A DNA stretch of 64,000 nt from Paraspadella gotoi (taxonomy: Eukaryota > Animalia > Chaetognatha), in NCBI GenBank assembly GCA_051294375.1, contig CM119263.1:13470414-13534413 (forward strand), in the 5' to 3' direction. Both the position numbers and the translations under genes were made by a program. The notes below the pieces were generated by a model that saw only the letters and a program-made list of their open reading frames with translations, did no database searches and had not been told where the DNA came from. Of this stretch, positions 63,721 through 64,000 are shown piece by piece. Within the stretch, counting starts at the first letter, position 1. Each line of letters opens with the position of its first letter.

Positions 63721-64000
63721 GATTTTTTAGTTAGGGTTTAGTAGTATATGTTAGGGTTAGGATTTTGAAGACCCTTGTCACAAAGAATTTAATTAATTTT
63801 ATATTAACTACTTGCATATCAATAATAAAGGCAAAAGAGGTTCTATGTTTCAACAACATTACAAATATTCAAAACAATAATAAACAAACAATATACTTGG
63901 AGATATAACGAGGTTAAAATTGTCGATAACGATGTAAGAAGTAGTCAGCCGACGACGATGATGACTGAGGCTTCACAGTAGCTTGGTGAACGGTATCTTT

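Overview
This is eukaryotic (metazoan, probably invertebrate/arthropod-like) genomic DNA, not prokaryotic. Most ORFs in the supplied track are microsatellite artefacts; the real genes are spliced. The window has two halves. Positions 1-41 kb are rich in (AG)n, (GAC)n, (AAAG)n and (GAT)n repeats and hold two well-supported genes. One is a 3-exon, 91-aa secreted 10-cysteine knottin precursor (agouti/agatoxin-like, 1233-2562 +). The other is a 3-exon, 456-aa secreted coiled-coil glycoprotein (23076-24743 -). After a 100-N gap, 41-64 kb is AT-rich and dense in transposon remnants: three Penelope-type inverted-repeat inserts carrying minimal hammerhead ribozyme motifs, hAT MITEs with 8-bp TSDs, Helentron-type elements, tRNA-derived SINEs and two LTR-retrotransposon 3' ends. 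It also holds a cluster of unrelated gene pieces at 51.2-53.9 kb: a broken ankyrin fragment, a spliceable acidic-repeat/RGG/CCHC zinc-knuckle gene model and the last 13 codons of calmodulin. All gene models were spliced and translated by hand; no database searches were run.
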